DNA from: Octopus vulgaris
Taxonomy: Eukaryota
Length of the DNA: 64,000 bases
Assembly: GCA_951406725.2 (NCBI GenBank)
Contig: OX597818.1
Location: 123,938,001 to 124,002,000 of the forward strand
Reading direction: 5' to 3'
Both the position numbers and the translations under genes were made by a program. A model generated the notes under the pieces. That model had not been told where the DNA came from. It worked only from the letters and a program-made list of their open reading frames with translations, and ran no database searches. Position 1 is the first letter of the stretch. Each line of letters opens with the position of its first letter. Shown here one piece after another: positions 13,916 to 25,990 of this stretch.

Positions 13916-14710
13916 ATGAGGTGGTACCCAAAACTAAGCAGAAACATTCTCTGTGAGAGAAAGCCATTGTAATTGAGGCTCCTACCATTAGAAGCCACTT
14001 GATGTGGTTCTCAGGCTTCTGCCAGCCTGCATCATTGGTTTATGTCGTACTGCCATGTGATCTTTGTTTTGCAGTGCTTCTTCCCTGTTTGTCGATTTTT
14101 CAATGGCTGAAATGAAGGAACAGCGTGCTTCCATGAAATTCTGTTTTCTGAACAGTGGCTGAAACAGTTGTCATGCTTCAAACAGCTTACAAGGACACTA
14201 CCATGAGAAAAACATAAGTTTATGAGTAGTTTCCATACTTTAGGAATAGTCACTTGTCACTTGAAGACCAACCTCATTCAAGATGACTGTCGACCACCCA
14301 AACAAATAAAAAATCATGCAAATTCATGAACTGATCTTGGAGGACCATCACCAAACAATTGACAAACTTGTTGATGGAACTAGTGTATCCTGGAGCTCCT
14401 GCCAACGAGTTTTGAGTGAGGAATTGAATATAAAAAGAGTTACAGCAAAATTTGTGTTTCATTTACTCACGGAAGATCAAAAGCAGTCACAACTGAATGT
14501 GTGCCGTGAACTGAAAGAACAATTGGAAGTTAATCCAGACCTTTTTTTGAAGGTCATCACCTTTGATGAAAGCTGGTGATACAGAATTTGCAGATGTGGA
14601 AGAGGTGAAAAAAAAAAATGATGGAGACGTTAAAAGGCATCACTTCACAAGAGTTCCAACACAGTTTCAAATAGTGGAAAATGCACCTGGACCAATGCAT
14701 TACTTACACC
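13916..14710 (+). pseudogene. mariner transposase relic with internal deletion
   Basis: IHELILEDHHQTI...AKFVFHLLT...KVITFDESW (WVPHEL- and first-D-like motifs), then a jump to C-terminal sequence. Confidence 0.8.
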
Positions 14711-15933
14711 TGCTAGCTGCTCAGATGTGGATACTGGCAGAAGGAAGATAGAAAAAGAACCATATTAAGAACAGCTGGCACTAGACATTGCGGAATAACC
14801 ACAGGTGCACTAGGGCCAATTTGACAGGAATGGGAAGAATTGCAGATCAACCACACAGGAAGAAGCTTGCTGCTTTGTATGTCTCACTGTGCAAGTATCT
14901 TCTACTGTAGACCCAGGTCAAACAAAGCCTTGTTAATGGATTTGGTAGATGGAAACTGAAAGAAGCCTACTATATATGCATGTGTTATTGTCTCCTTCCT
15001 TGAATAGCATGACAGATGAAAGCAAATATCACCATTACAGCATCCTTTGTTTCCTGTGCAGACTTGCCTGATCAGCTTGGGAACAGATGAAGGTTGGTGA
15101 TAGGAAGGGCATCCAGCTGTACAAAATCTGCCTCAACAAATTCTGTTTGACTCATGTCTTCTAGGCACTAAAATTCCAAATGTGGCTCTGTCTCCAAAGG
15201 GTTAAATGACAAAGATGGAGAGCTTCTAACAATGCAAAAGAAGTTAAGTAACCTTTATATATTTCAGGTACAAAGGCCCATCACCAGGAAGGTTGATATC
15301 AGGAAATCAATATATATATATATATATATATATACGATGGGCTTCTTTCACTTTCCATCTATCAAATCCACTCACAAGGCTTTCGTCAACCTGGGGCTAT
15401 AATAGAAGACACCTGCTCAAGGTGCCATGCAGTGGGAATGAACTCAGAACCATGTGGTTGGGAAGCAAGCTTCTTACCACAGCCACACCTGTCCCTATTT
15501 TCAAATAATTTTATCAATAGTATTACTGAATTAGTTTCAAATGGAATATGAAATCAATATTACTGCATTAACTGGTCAGGAACTTACCTCATATTCTGAG
15601 ACCCACTACAAGATGTTTTAAACATTGTTTCCATGGCCCCTACTCATGAATCTGAATAGGTTCTATACAACACAAATCTACTCAATTCTTTTGTTACCAT
15701 ATCTGCTGAAATACACTGCTTTTGTTTCAAATAATTTTGAAAATAATAAAAAACTTAGCGAAATATCTTCATTATTAAGTTCAAGTTTGAAACAAAATTT
15801 TGATGCAAGCTTTTAATTTAGAACACTTTAAAACAGAAATTTTGTATCATAGAACCAGGGGCAGTCTCAGGAAGGTTGATATCAAAAAGGTTAAAACTTA
15901 TTTGAAGCAACACTAGATTTTAGTCACTGGACA

Positions 15934-16165
15934 GTAACGAATGACAAGCGTAAATGTATGTCTCTGTGTGGCTATCTTAGTATATGTATGTGAGTGTATG
16001 TCAGGAACATTTTATACCACCACCACCACGACGTCATATTTTCTATGTGAGTGTATAGGTGTCTAAGTGTGCATTTCCACATTACGTACATTATTAAACA
16101 AACACACACACATCTACACATACATATGTAACGAATGACAAGCGTAAATGTATGTCTCTGTGTGG
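15934..16165. repeat. ~190-bp local tandem unit, with a close copy at 21875-22043
   Basis: gtaacgaatgacaagcgtaaatgtatgtctctgtgtgg occurs at about 15934, 16128 and 21892. Confidence 0.7.
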
Positions 16166-16713
16166 GGCACTGCCTTGAAAACAAACAGCATTCCCATGAT
16201 GAGATTTGAACCCAGGCTGTGTGAAAGCTTTGAATCCTATCCACTAGACTAAACGGCACACATTTTTTTTTGAGCCCTAATTCTAATTAGATCTCCCATC
16301 ATTGATTTAGAAACTAATGAATATGTGTTGACCTCAAGAGGTTCAATATAAAATGACCAGACAATACAAAGAGATCAAAATGAGCATTTTTATACAGAAC
16401 TCAACAGTTACAGCCCTACTGAAGTAATGGAAATGTTTCCATAGTGATTTACTACATAAAATATTAAGGCAGAAAACAGAATAGCTAGAAGAAATCTTAT
16501 GTGGTAAATTGGCATACATGTCACCTCACAAGTGCATCTGATTCAGTTAACCCAACCATTTATTCACTGAATGTGCTCTACAAACCAATTACAATTTAGT
16601 CAGGCTATGTCCAATATAGAAAAAAATATCTTTACATTATGGTATCCTATTAAGTAACCATTTATACATATATGGATGCATTTGCATGTGCATATATGCA
16701 TGTATACATATAT

Positions 16714-17130
16714 TTATTTCTTTATTGCCCACTGGAGGGGGTGCTAAACATAGAGGGGACAAACAAGGACAAAGGGATTAAGTCGATTACATCGACCCCA
16801 GTGCATAACTGGTACTTATTTAATCGACCCCGAAAGGATGAAAGGCAAAGTCAACCGTGGTGGATCTTGAACTCAGAATGTAGCGGCAGACAAAATTCCT
16901 ATTTCTTTACTGCTCACAAGGGGCTACACACAGAAGGGACAAATAAGGACAGACAAACGGATTAAGTCGATTATATCGACTCCAGTGCGTAACTGGTACT
17001 TATTTAATCGACCCCGAAAGGATGAAAGGCAAAGTCAACCTCGGTGGATTTTGAACTCAGAACATAACGGCAGACGAAATTCCGCTAAGCATTTCACTCG
17101 GCGTGCTAACGATTCTGCCAGCTCGCCTGC
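16714..17130 (-). mobile_element. two fused SINE family C copies
   Basis: Core gaccccgaaaggatgaaaggcaaagtcaacc repeated twice. Confidence 0.8.
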
Positions 17131-18739
17131 CCTTTATGTACACATATATAATTGTGTAAATGACTGTATGTATGTAACAGAATATCCACACATAAATGTG
17201 TGCTGCTAAAACATTTTACAGACTTGGTTGCGTATACACATATACAAGAGCAAACATTTCCTTTGTCTTGTGGTCCCTTGACAGTTCTCTGTTTTACCCA
17301 CTCATTTACATCTCCCCTCACCAATCCCCATGCTCTCAGTTCTTCTATCATCATTAGCTATATCTTTCTGTCTTCCTTTTCTTCTGCCTTCTTCCACATT
17401 CATTTCCATTACTTCTTTCACTGTACTACATGGCCCGGGGACCCCATCCTTTGCTAGCAATCTCATTCCATTTCTTTTCACAACATTCATCACTAGTTCA
17501 ATTTTCTGCAAGTCAGTTTTTTTTTTCTCTCAGCAATACTCTGCTTATTCCCTGAGCCCTTTATCATTTCCATACTTTCCGCTTTCTCTATTGTTCCATA
17601 TTCATCACTTGTACCTCACTCTTATAAATCACATCACTTCTCATACATGCAAGCATCCATTTGTATAAGCGGATCATTAGCAGAAATCTAAGCTTGAGGT
17701 TTTGAGTCAAACAAAGCAAAATAAAATCGGAAGTATCTCCACTGTATGTACTTCAATGTACTTCAAGTGCTTGGGACAGCAAACACAGCCACAATAAATG
17801 CAAGATAAATGAACATAGTTTTGGAGCTGGTCTGAAAAGGATACAGATATTCTACAACTAAATAATACGGTTATTTTTCAATTTGTATTGCATTGTGAAC
17901 AATTATTAGTTGTTGGTTTCTAATGGATCAATTATTTGTTCATAGATTTTAGGATAATGAGAATGACACAAGATTGTCAGTGTAATTTGAGCGGAGTGGC
18001 CTTTCAGTTACCTTACCAATATTTTACATTTTCCACTGAGAGATGTACATACATATACAAGATGGGAAGCAAAACTTGCATTAAAAGTTACACTAATACT
18101 TCACAGCAATGACTACACCAAATATGAAACCTAATGCAGAACAAAGAATACATTTCGTTTTTGGATTTGGTTTGCAAGATTCTTTATATGAGTTCGTGTA
18201 TTGAAGCATATTCTGTTGTGTCTGGGGAGAGTCAAAACTATTGAAAAGGTTGCAAGACGCAACGAAAATTTTAGAAAATAAAAATAAGAAATAAGTGGAA
18301 ATTTTACCGGTGAGTGTGTTAAATGATAAGGCACTAAAAGAGAATGACTCTCCCCAGACATAACAAAGAATACATTATTTATTGTCTGTTCCCAATGCAT
18401 TCTCAAACGGCTCAACCAAATCAAATTTTACATGGTAATACTATCAGACCCCATGAGTGTCAACATGTTATTCTTTTGGATTAAAACAATGCAACATTGG
18501 CACTGGTTCCGTAATACGTGTCAAAACTTGAAGAATAAAATTGAAAGAATAACATCTATATTGTTATGTGATATATTGTTTCACTTTTAATTCTAATGTC
18601 ACATTTTGTATATATGACTGTATATCTGTGAATATATGCATGTGAGAGTATGTTTCACAGTGTGTGTCTTTCTGTGTTAGGTACATTATTAAACACACGT
18701 TTCACTTTTACATTTTTACTTTTAATTCTAATCACAAAA

Positions 18740-18900
18740 AACACCCACTACACTCACAGAGTGGTTGGCGTTAGGAAGGGCATCCAGCCGTAGAAACACT
18801 GCCAGATCAGACTCGGCCTGATGCAGCCTTCTGGCTTCACAGACCCCAGTTGAACCGTCCAACCCATGCTAGCATGGAAAGCGGACGCTAAATGATGATG
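18740..18900 (+). mobile_element. RTE-type LINE 3' end fragment
   Basis: Ends ...gcggacgctaaatgatgatg. Confidence 0.8.
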
Positions 18901-19679
18901 AAGATGACGACAATGTCACATTTTGTGTATGACTGTGTATCTGTCTGTGAATGTATGTGTGTATAAGTATCACAGTGTGTATGTCTTTCCATGTTAGGTA
19001 TGTTATTAAACACACTGTATGAGGGCTGGTCAGTGTCAATATGAAATTTTATTTTCATTTCAATTAAAACAATATAACATTTCATACAGATAATCTTTGT
19101 ATTTATGGAAACATACTTGCATAGCAAGTGACTTAATCTGTGATCATGTGCTTGGAACATATATATATAACCTTCGGAGTAACAGTTATATATACAACTT
19201 GAACAGATACACATATTGGTACATAAACATACATACACATGCAGACACATCTACACATGTACATAAATGCTCACATGTGCATTTACACATATACATACAC
19301 ACACATACATACCATGAACTAACTGTTACTTTCTCAGATGCAGCATGAAGTTTTGTCAGTGAACAGATCACAGCTTCAAAGTGACGAAAATATTTTGACA
19401 CAAATGAAATTTAAATGTCGAAGTGAAACTAACAGTTTTTGTGTTCTTCGATGGCTTACAAACATCTTCCACACTGCAATCTTTCTATTGTCAACAACAC
19501 ATTTTATACCACCATGACATCAACATTTTGTATATGACTGTAAGTGTATGATTGTGTACATCCCATATCATGGGACATACACATCTGAACACCTTACTTC
19601 CCTGGGCATGGACACATTGAAACTCCGACGTCTGGCAGCTGACTTGGCAGACACCCATAAAATTATTAACCATCTTTAG

Positions 19680-20141
19680 TTGTGATACTTGTGCCGGTGG
19701 CACATAAAAAAGCACCATCCGAACGTGGCTAATGCCAGCGCTGCCTCGACTGGCTTCTGTGCTGGTAGCACATAAAAAGCACCATCCGAACGTGGCTGAT
19801 GCCAGCGCCGCCTCGACTGGCTTCTGTGCCGGTAGCACATAAAAAGTACCATCCGAACGTGGCCGTTGCCAGCGCCGCCTTGCCTGGCTTCCGTGCCGGT
19901 GGCACGTTAAAAGCTCCAACCGATCGTGGCCGTTGCCGGAACCCCCTGGCACTTGTGCAGGTGGCACGTAAAAAGCACCCACTACACTTGCGGAATGGTT
20001 GGCGTTAGGAAGGGCATCCAGCTGTAGAAACTCTGCCAGATCAGACTGGAGCCTGGTGCAGCCCCTGGCTTTCCAGACCCCGGTCGAACCGTCCAACCCG
20101 TGCTAGCACGGAAAACGGACGTTAAACGATGATGATGATGA
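19680..20141 (+). mobile_element. RTE-type LINE 3' UTR with ~58-bp internal tandem repeats and (GAT)n tail
   Basis: Repeated gcacataaaaagcaccatccgaacgtggc units; tail ggacgttaaacgatgatgatg. Confidence 0.8.
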
Positions 20142-20490
20142 TCTTACAAACAATAACTCTAAGCACCTTTTCAAACTCCACCCATCTAACACCCGTGGAC
20201 ATATTTACAAAGTCAGAATACAGCACAGCTCCCATGACTTTAGGAAACATTTTTTCACGCTGAGAGTTGCTGAAGCATGGAACAAACTGCCGGCATCAGT
20301 TGTTAGTTGTCGGAGCACTACATCCTTCAAAACTTCCATGCTTCCTGAGATTCGCCAACACTACACCTGATTTTCTTCCCTCCATACACACACAAGCATG
20401 TATCTGACTCATACATTGTTCACTTTCCAGACATTTGTACATTACTGCATGTGGTACACCTGAGCACTGAATACAATAATTTCATTATTA
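20142..20490 (+). mobile_element. CR1-type LINE 3' end
   Basis: TRGHIYKV...FRKHFFTLRVAEAWNKLP, (ATT)n tail; homologous to 27800-28335. Confidence 0.8.
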
Positions 20491-20700
20491 TGTGTGTCTT
20501 TCCACGTTAGGTATGTTATTAAACTTACACAACTACATATACATATCTAATGGTACATTATTAAACAAACACACACACATATGTGATGACTGATGACGAC
20601 AACAATGTCATATTTTGTATATGACTGCATATCTGTCTGTGAATGTATGTGTGAGTGTGTATATGTCTCAGTGTGTGTGTGTGTGATTCTGCATTAGGTA

Positions 20701-21025
20701 CATCATCATCATCATCATCATTTAGCGTCCGTTTTCCATGCTAGCATGGGTTGGACGGTTTAACTGGGGTCTGTGAAGCCGGAAGGCTTCATCAGGCCCA
20801 GTCAGATTTGGCAGTGTTTCTACGGCTGGTTGCCCTTCCTAACGCCAACCACTCCGCGAGTGTAGTGGGTGTTTTTTACGTGCCACCTGCACAGGTGCCA
20901 GACAGAGCTGGCACAATGGCCACGAACGGATGGTGCTTTTACGTGTCACCTGCACGGGGCCAGCCGAGGCTGGCAATGAACACGAGCGGATGGTGCTTTT
21001 ACGTGTCACCGACACGGGGCCACGA
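20701..21025 (-). mobile_element. RTE-type LINE 3' end fragment
   Basis: (CAT)n plus the conserved 3' UTR. Confidence 0.8.
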
Positions 21026-21488
21026 TATGTGAGGTCTGGTCAGTGTCAATACAAAATTTTATTTTCATTTTGATCAGAACAATATAACATTTCATAGAGA
21101 TAACCTTTCTAGTGTCAATAGTCATATTATACATCACATTTTGTATGACTGTGTATGTCTGAGTGTATGTGTGTCTCTTTCCGCATTAGGTACATTATTA
21201 AACACACACACACACACATCTACGCATGTGACAACTGACATGCATGAATGTATATCCGTGTCTATCTTACTATATGTGAGGCTGACCAGTGTCAGTTCAA
21301 AATTTTATTTTCATTTCGATTAAAACTATAACATTTCATAGAGGTAATTTTTCTATTGTCAACAGGACATTTGATACAACATCACATTTTGTATATGACT
21401 GTGAGTGCATGTATGTATAAGTGTATGAGTGTGTATATGTCTGTCTTTCCACGTTAAGTACATTATTAAACACACGCACATCTACACA

Positions 21489-21870
21489 TGGAAGCACTCC
21501 GTCGGTTACGACGACGAGGGTTCCGGTTGATCCGACCAAAGGAACAGCCTGCTCGTGAAATTAACGTGTAAGTGGTTGAGCGCTCCACAGACACGTGTAC
21601 CCTTAACGTAGTTCTCAGGGATATTCAGCGTGACACAGAGAGTGACAAGGCCGGCCCTTTGAAATACAGGTACAACAGAAACAGGAAGAAAGAGTGAGAG
21701 AAACTTGTGGTGAAAGAGTACAGCAGAGATCACCACCATCCCCTGCCGGAGCCTTGTAGAGCTTTAGTTGTTTTCGCTCAATAAACACTCACAACGCCCG
21801 GTCTGGGAATCGAAACCGTGATCCTACGACCGCGAGTCCGCTGCCCTAACCACTGGGCCATTGCGCCTCC
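21489..21870 (-). mobile_element. tRNA-derived SINE family A, tail 1
   Basis: Reverse complement of 464-825; TSD catctacaca(t) at 21479 and 21875. Confidence 0.88.
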
Positions 21871-22044
21871 ACTTCATCTACACATACATATGTAACGAAT
21901 GACAAGCGTAAATGTATGTCTCTGTGTGGCTATGTTAGCATATGTATGTGAGTGCATGTCAGGAACATTTTATACCACCACCACCACGTCATATTTTCTA
22001 TGTGAGTGTATATGTGTCTAAGTGTGCATTTCCACATTACGTAC

Positions 22045-22302
22045 CGTGCCAGTGGCACATAAAAAGGCACCATCTGATCGTGGCCGTTTGCCAGCCTTGT
22101 CTGGCACCTGTGCCGGTGGCACGTAAAAAGCACCCACTACACTCACTGAGTGGTTGGTGTTAGGAAGGGCATCCAGCTGTAGAAACACTGCCAGATCAGA
22201 CTGGAGCCTGGTGCAGCCTTCTGGCTTCCCAGATCCCTGGTCGAGCCGTCCAACCCATGCTAGCATGGAGAACGGACGTTAAACGATGATGATGATGATG
22301 AT
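22045..22302 (+). mobile_element. RTE-type LINE 3' end fragment
   Basis: Conserved 3' UTR plus (GAT)n. Confidence 0.8.
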
Positions 22303-22934
22303 ATATATACATACCACATAGTAAGCAATTATGCCTTATTTTATTAAGTAATTCATTACTACATATTCTCATGTAACTGCATGGGCTCTCTTTATGTTTC
22401 TTATTATACAGCCAAAACAGCAATCCAATGTCAACCCTTTGCCTTCTGCAACTTTTCAACAGTTCACTTCTCCGTTGCTGTCTCCCATTGCAGCCCATTT
22501 CCGAAATGTACCCGTTTACGTACAATATCTCCATTCATTAAGCTGTTAATCAGATGATGGGTCATCTGAAGACACAGTGCTGACCGCCTTAAAAGGCAAG
22601 TATATCCACAGAAAGCTTTTCAGCAGGTTCAAAAATTACATACCCCTACCCACTCCTAATTTTCCATGATAGGGCACGGAATCCTCCAAACAGACCTATT
22701 ACGTGTCACTTAGTTGAATTAGACCATCATTTTACTCCACAAATGTTTTGTCATCAACACTGCACTTTCCCCTATCACCTGTTTCAACATAACTAATATA
22801 TATATATATATATATCACAATCAAGGAACGGCCATAATAGGCCATTCACCCACTAGAAATAACAGCCAAAGCTTCAACCGCAAAATAACATCAATTCCGC
22901 AAACCAGGAGAAAATTTTAAAAAAAACATTTACC

Positions 22935-23049
22935 CTGTAATTTCTTATACGATGCACCGTTTCATCTATTGTTTAATGGTAAACTAACCTGATTAAATTA
23001 AATCAAGCCAATCTTCCATAGGCCGATAGATTCGTCAGTAAGAAAACAG
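22935..23049 (-). ncRNA. type I hammerhead ribozyme, copy 1
   Basis: CUGU-UUUCUUA CUGACGA AUCUAU...AUAGAU GAAA CGGUGCAUCG UA^UAAGAAA-UU-ACAG: all core nucleotides, stems I-III and a GUA cleavage triplet. Confidence 0.85.
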
Positions 23050-23419
23050 CCAGATCGGAACAAATATTTTCACGAGGCACTTCCATCCCTGCCTCAGCAA
23101 TATCTGACCTAAAATTTTCAAATCAACGCACTCGTGCCAAATTTATCGGCAGCAAATATAAGCCGCCGATTCCATTACGGAATTAACCAGAAAATTCATA
23201 ATTAATCAATATAGGGTGGCAAAAAATTTCGTAGAATTTTTTTGCCACCAGCGGCCTAGTGGGAAAAAATTAAATAGTCATAGACCATTTATAAGTTCAA
23301 CATCACAATCAAGGAACGGCCATAATAGGCCATTCACCCACTAGAAATAACAGCCAAAGCTTCAACCGCAAAATAACATCAATTCCGCAAACCAGGAGAA
23401 AATTAAAAAAACATTTACC

Positions 23420-23534
23420 CTGTAATTTCTTATACGATGCACCGTTTCATCTATTGTTTAATGGTAAACTAACCTGATTAAATTAAATCAAGCCAATCTT
23501 CCATAGGCCGATAGATTCGTCAGTAAGAAAACAG
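23420..23534 (-). ncRNA. type I hammerhead ribozyme, copy 2
   Basis: Same sequence as copy 1, offset by 485 nt. Confidence 0.85.
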
Positions 23535-24190
23535 CCAGATCGGAACAGATATTTTCACGAGGCACTTCCATCCCTGCCTCGGCAATATCTGACCTAAAAT
23601 TTTCAAATCAACGCACTCGCGCCAAATTTATCGGCAGCAAATATAAGCCACCGATTCCATTACGGAATTAACCAGAAAATTCATAATTAATCAATATAGG
23701 GTGGCAAAAAATTTCGGCCTAGTGGGAAAAAATTAAATAGTCATAGACCATTTATAAGTTCAACATCACAATCAAGGAACGGCCATAATAGGCCATTCAC
23801 CCACTAGAAATAACAGCCAAAGCTTCAACCGCAAAATAACATCAATTCCGCAAACCAGGAAGATTGGCTTGATTTAATTTAATCAGGTTAGTTTACCATT
23901 AAACAATAGATGAAACGGTGCATCGTATAAGAAATTACAGGGTAAATGTTCTTTTTAATTTTCTCCTGGTTTGTGGAATTGATGTTATTTTGCGGTTGAA
24001 GCTTTGGCTGTTATTTCTAGTGGGTGAATGGCCTATTATGGCCGTTCCTTGATTGTGATGTTGAACTTATAAATGGTCTATGACTATTTAATTTTTTCCC
24101 ACTAGGCCGCTGGTGGCAAAAAAATTCTACGAAATTTTTTGCCACCCTATATTGATTAATTATTATATATATATATATATATATATATAC

Positions 24191-24400
24191 ATAAAGTTAA
24201 TCCAAATACGAAAACACAACGCGAGGACGTGGAACAAATATAGTGTTATTGGAGGCTCAAGGAGGAAAGGAAGAAGGAGGGTTTAACATTTCGAGCAGAG
24301 CTCTTTGTCAGAAACATAGGAAAAGGAAAGATCCAGAGAAGGGAAGATGGAGGGAAAAAAATAAATAAATAAATCGCCAACTGTACACACACGGTCACAT
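24191..24400 (-). mobile_element. (TA)n-embedded short repeat with decayed minimal hammerhead motif
   Basis: Minus 24315->24281 reads GTTT CTGACAA AGAGC TCT GCTC GAAA TG TT AAAC. Confidence 0.55.
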
Positions 24401-24569
24401 ATATATATGCATACATTTATATATACATACATACACACACACACACATACATAATATATACATACATACACACACACAAACTATACCATTTTAATCCCAA
24501 GTAAGGCTAGGTATCTCTGGCAAGGGCTTTGAAATAAAACCAAGAAGTTCCAGACACCCAGCTGAGTAC

Positions 24570-25341
24570 TTGACAGACACTGACTTTGCTGACGACATCG
24601 CTCTTATCAGTGATTCTCTCTCCAATGCCCAGTCTCTTTTACAATCTCTTGAACAAGCCTCAAATTGTGCAGGTCTTTACCTCAATGAGGCCAAAACTGA
24701 ATACATAAACAAGTGCCTGTCCAACAGTGATTGCATCATCCATACTCTCAACAATGCGCCCTTAAATATGGTTTCTGATTACAAATATCTTGGGTCATAC
24801 ATATCATCATCTGATAAAGATTTTCTAACTAGAAAGGATATGGCCTGGTCAGCCTTTAATAATATGCATAATATCTGGTCATCAAATCTAAGTAGAGATT
24901 TCAAACTTGAAATCTTCAAAGCCACAGTCGAACCAATTCTACTATATGGCTCAGAAACCTGGACGTTATCAAAGAAGCTTGAGAGGCGGTTGGATGGAAC
25001 CTACACTCGCCTCCTTATGAGAGCTCAAAATCTCTCATGGAAGCGTCATCCAACCAAAATGCAAATATATGGGAAACTACCACCTGTGTCATCTCTTGTG
25101 AAAGGTAGGAGAGTCCAGTTTGCTGGACATTGTTGTAGAGCTGAAAAAGAAGTAATTTCTACTCTTCTCCTCTGGAAGCCATCTACTCGCAATACCAGAG
25201 GGCGCACACTCTCCTACCCTGATGTAATCTCCAGGGATACAGGCATCCAGCAACAGGACCTCCGTAATGCCATGATGGACCGTGAAGTCTGGCATAGCAT
25301 GGTAAATTCCATTGTCTCGACCACGGTCGAACAATGATGAT
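24570..25341 (+). mobile_element. 5'-truncated non-LTR retrotransposon (RTE-like) RT C-terminal ORF, open for 255 aa
   Basis: DFADDIAL, YKYLGS, ILLYGSETW, RRVQFAGH; stop merges into (TGA)n tail; second copy at 50401-50880. Confidence 0.9.
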
Positions 25342-25399
25342 CTCCGCTAGTCAGTTCATAATTAATTTTTTTTTTTAAGGAATATTGGAGATTATGTCT

Positions 25400-25990
25400 G
25401 TACAGGAAGGCAAATGCTAAAGAGTATGTGATTTGGTCCATGCACAAGTCGCTCCAAAGATCTCAAGCATAATCAGAGTATCCTTATGCACAATTTATAA
25501 CATCAAGAAGAGAATAGACATGGGCAACGGCATTCAGAGGAAGTCTGGCAGTAGTGGGGGCCAGCAAGTGGAATCAAGACTTCAACACTCAACCACATCT
25601 ACAAAGAAGCTGGCTTGAAGTAAACCCCAAAGACAATCACCAAGACCCTGAGACACCTGCTGACAAGAACCTAGGAAAGCCAGCAGACTGGAGAAGTGCA
25701 AAACGGTTCTCACACACCTCAAGAAGAATGGGTCCACTGAAAATTCTCTTTGATGCAAAGATCTTCACAATGGATGCTGTTGTGAACTGCAGAAATTACA
25801 CCAAGGGCACCTTCAAAACAAATTGTCCAGCCCAGGTCATGGCCTTCAGGACTGTGGCAGCCGACAGAAGAAAGATGCCTACCTACATCTACAAAGTTCG
25901 AGAAAAGGTGGGTGCTGATGTCCGAGGTACCATGTCTTGCCATGGCTCAAGTCGAACTACCAAGAGGGCAACTATGTGTGGACCCAGGAT
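25400..25990 (+). pseudogene. Tc1/mariner (maT/DD37D-like) transposase relic
   Basis: VSLCTIYNIKKR (HTH-like), KILFDAKIFTMD (FSDEK-like), QVMAF..VAADRRKMP. Confidence 0.6.

Larger units (their letters stand above)
22814..24163 (-). mobile_element. hammerhead-ribozyme-containing tandem/inverted repeat array (retrozyme-like)
   Basis: Units start at 22814, 23302 and 23765 (488 bp, 463 bp, partial); inverted partial copy 23858-24163; (TA)n on both flanks; no long ORF in the track. Confidence 0.85.

Noticed and set aside
19690-19910. CRISPR-like regularly spaced repeats (also 51519-51870)
   Set aside because: Whole units repeat with no unique spacers; eukaryotic LINE 3' UTR subrepeats with no cas genes.
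23215-23260. Helitron 3' end (hairpin plus CTAG) as explanation of the 22.8-24.2 kb array
   Set aside because: The motif is internal to the unit, no array end coincides with it, and the hammerhead explains the unit better.
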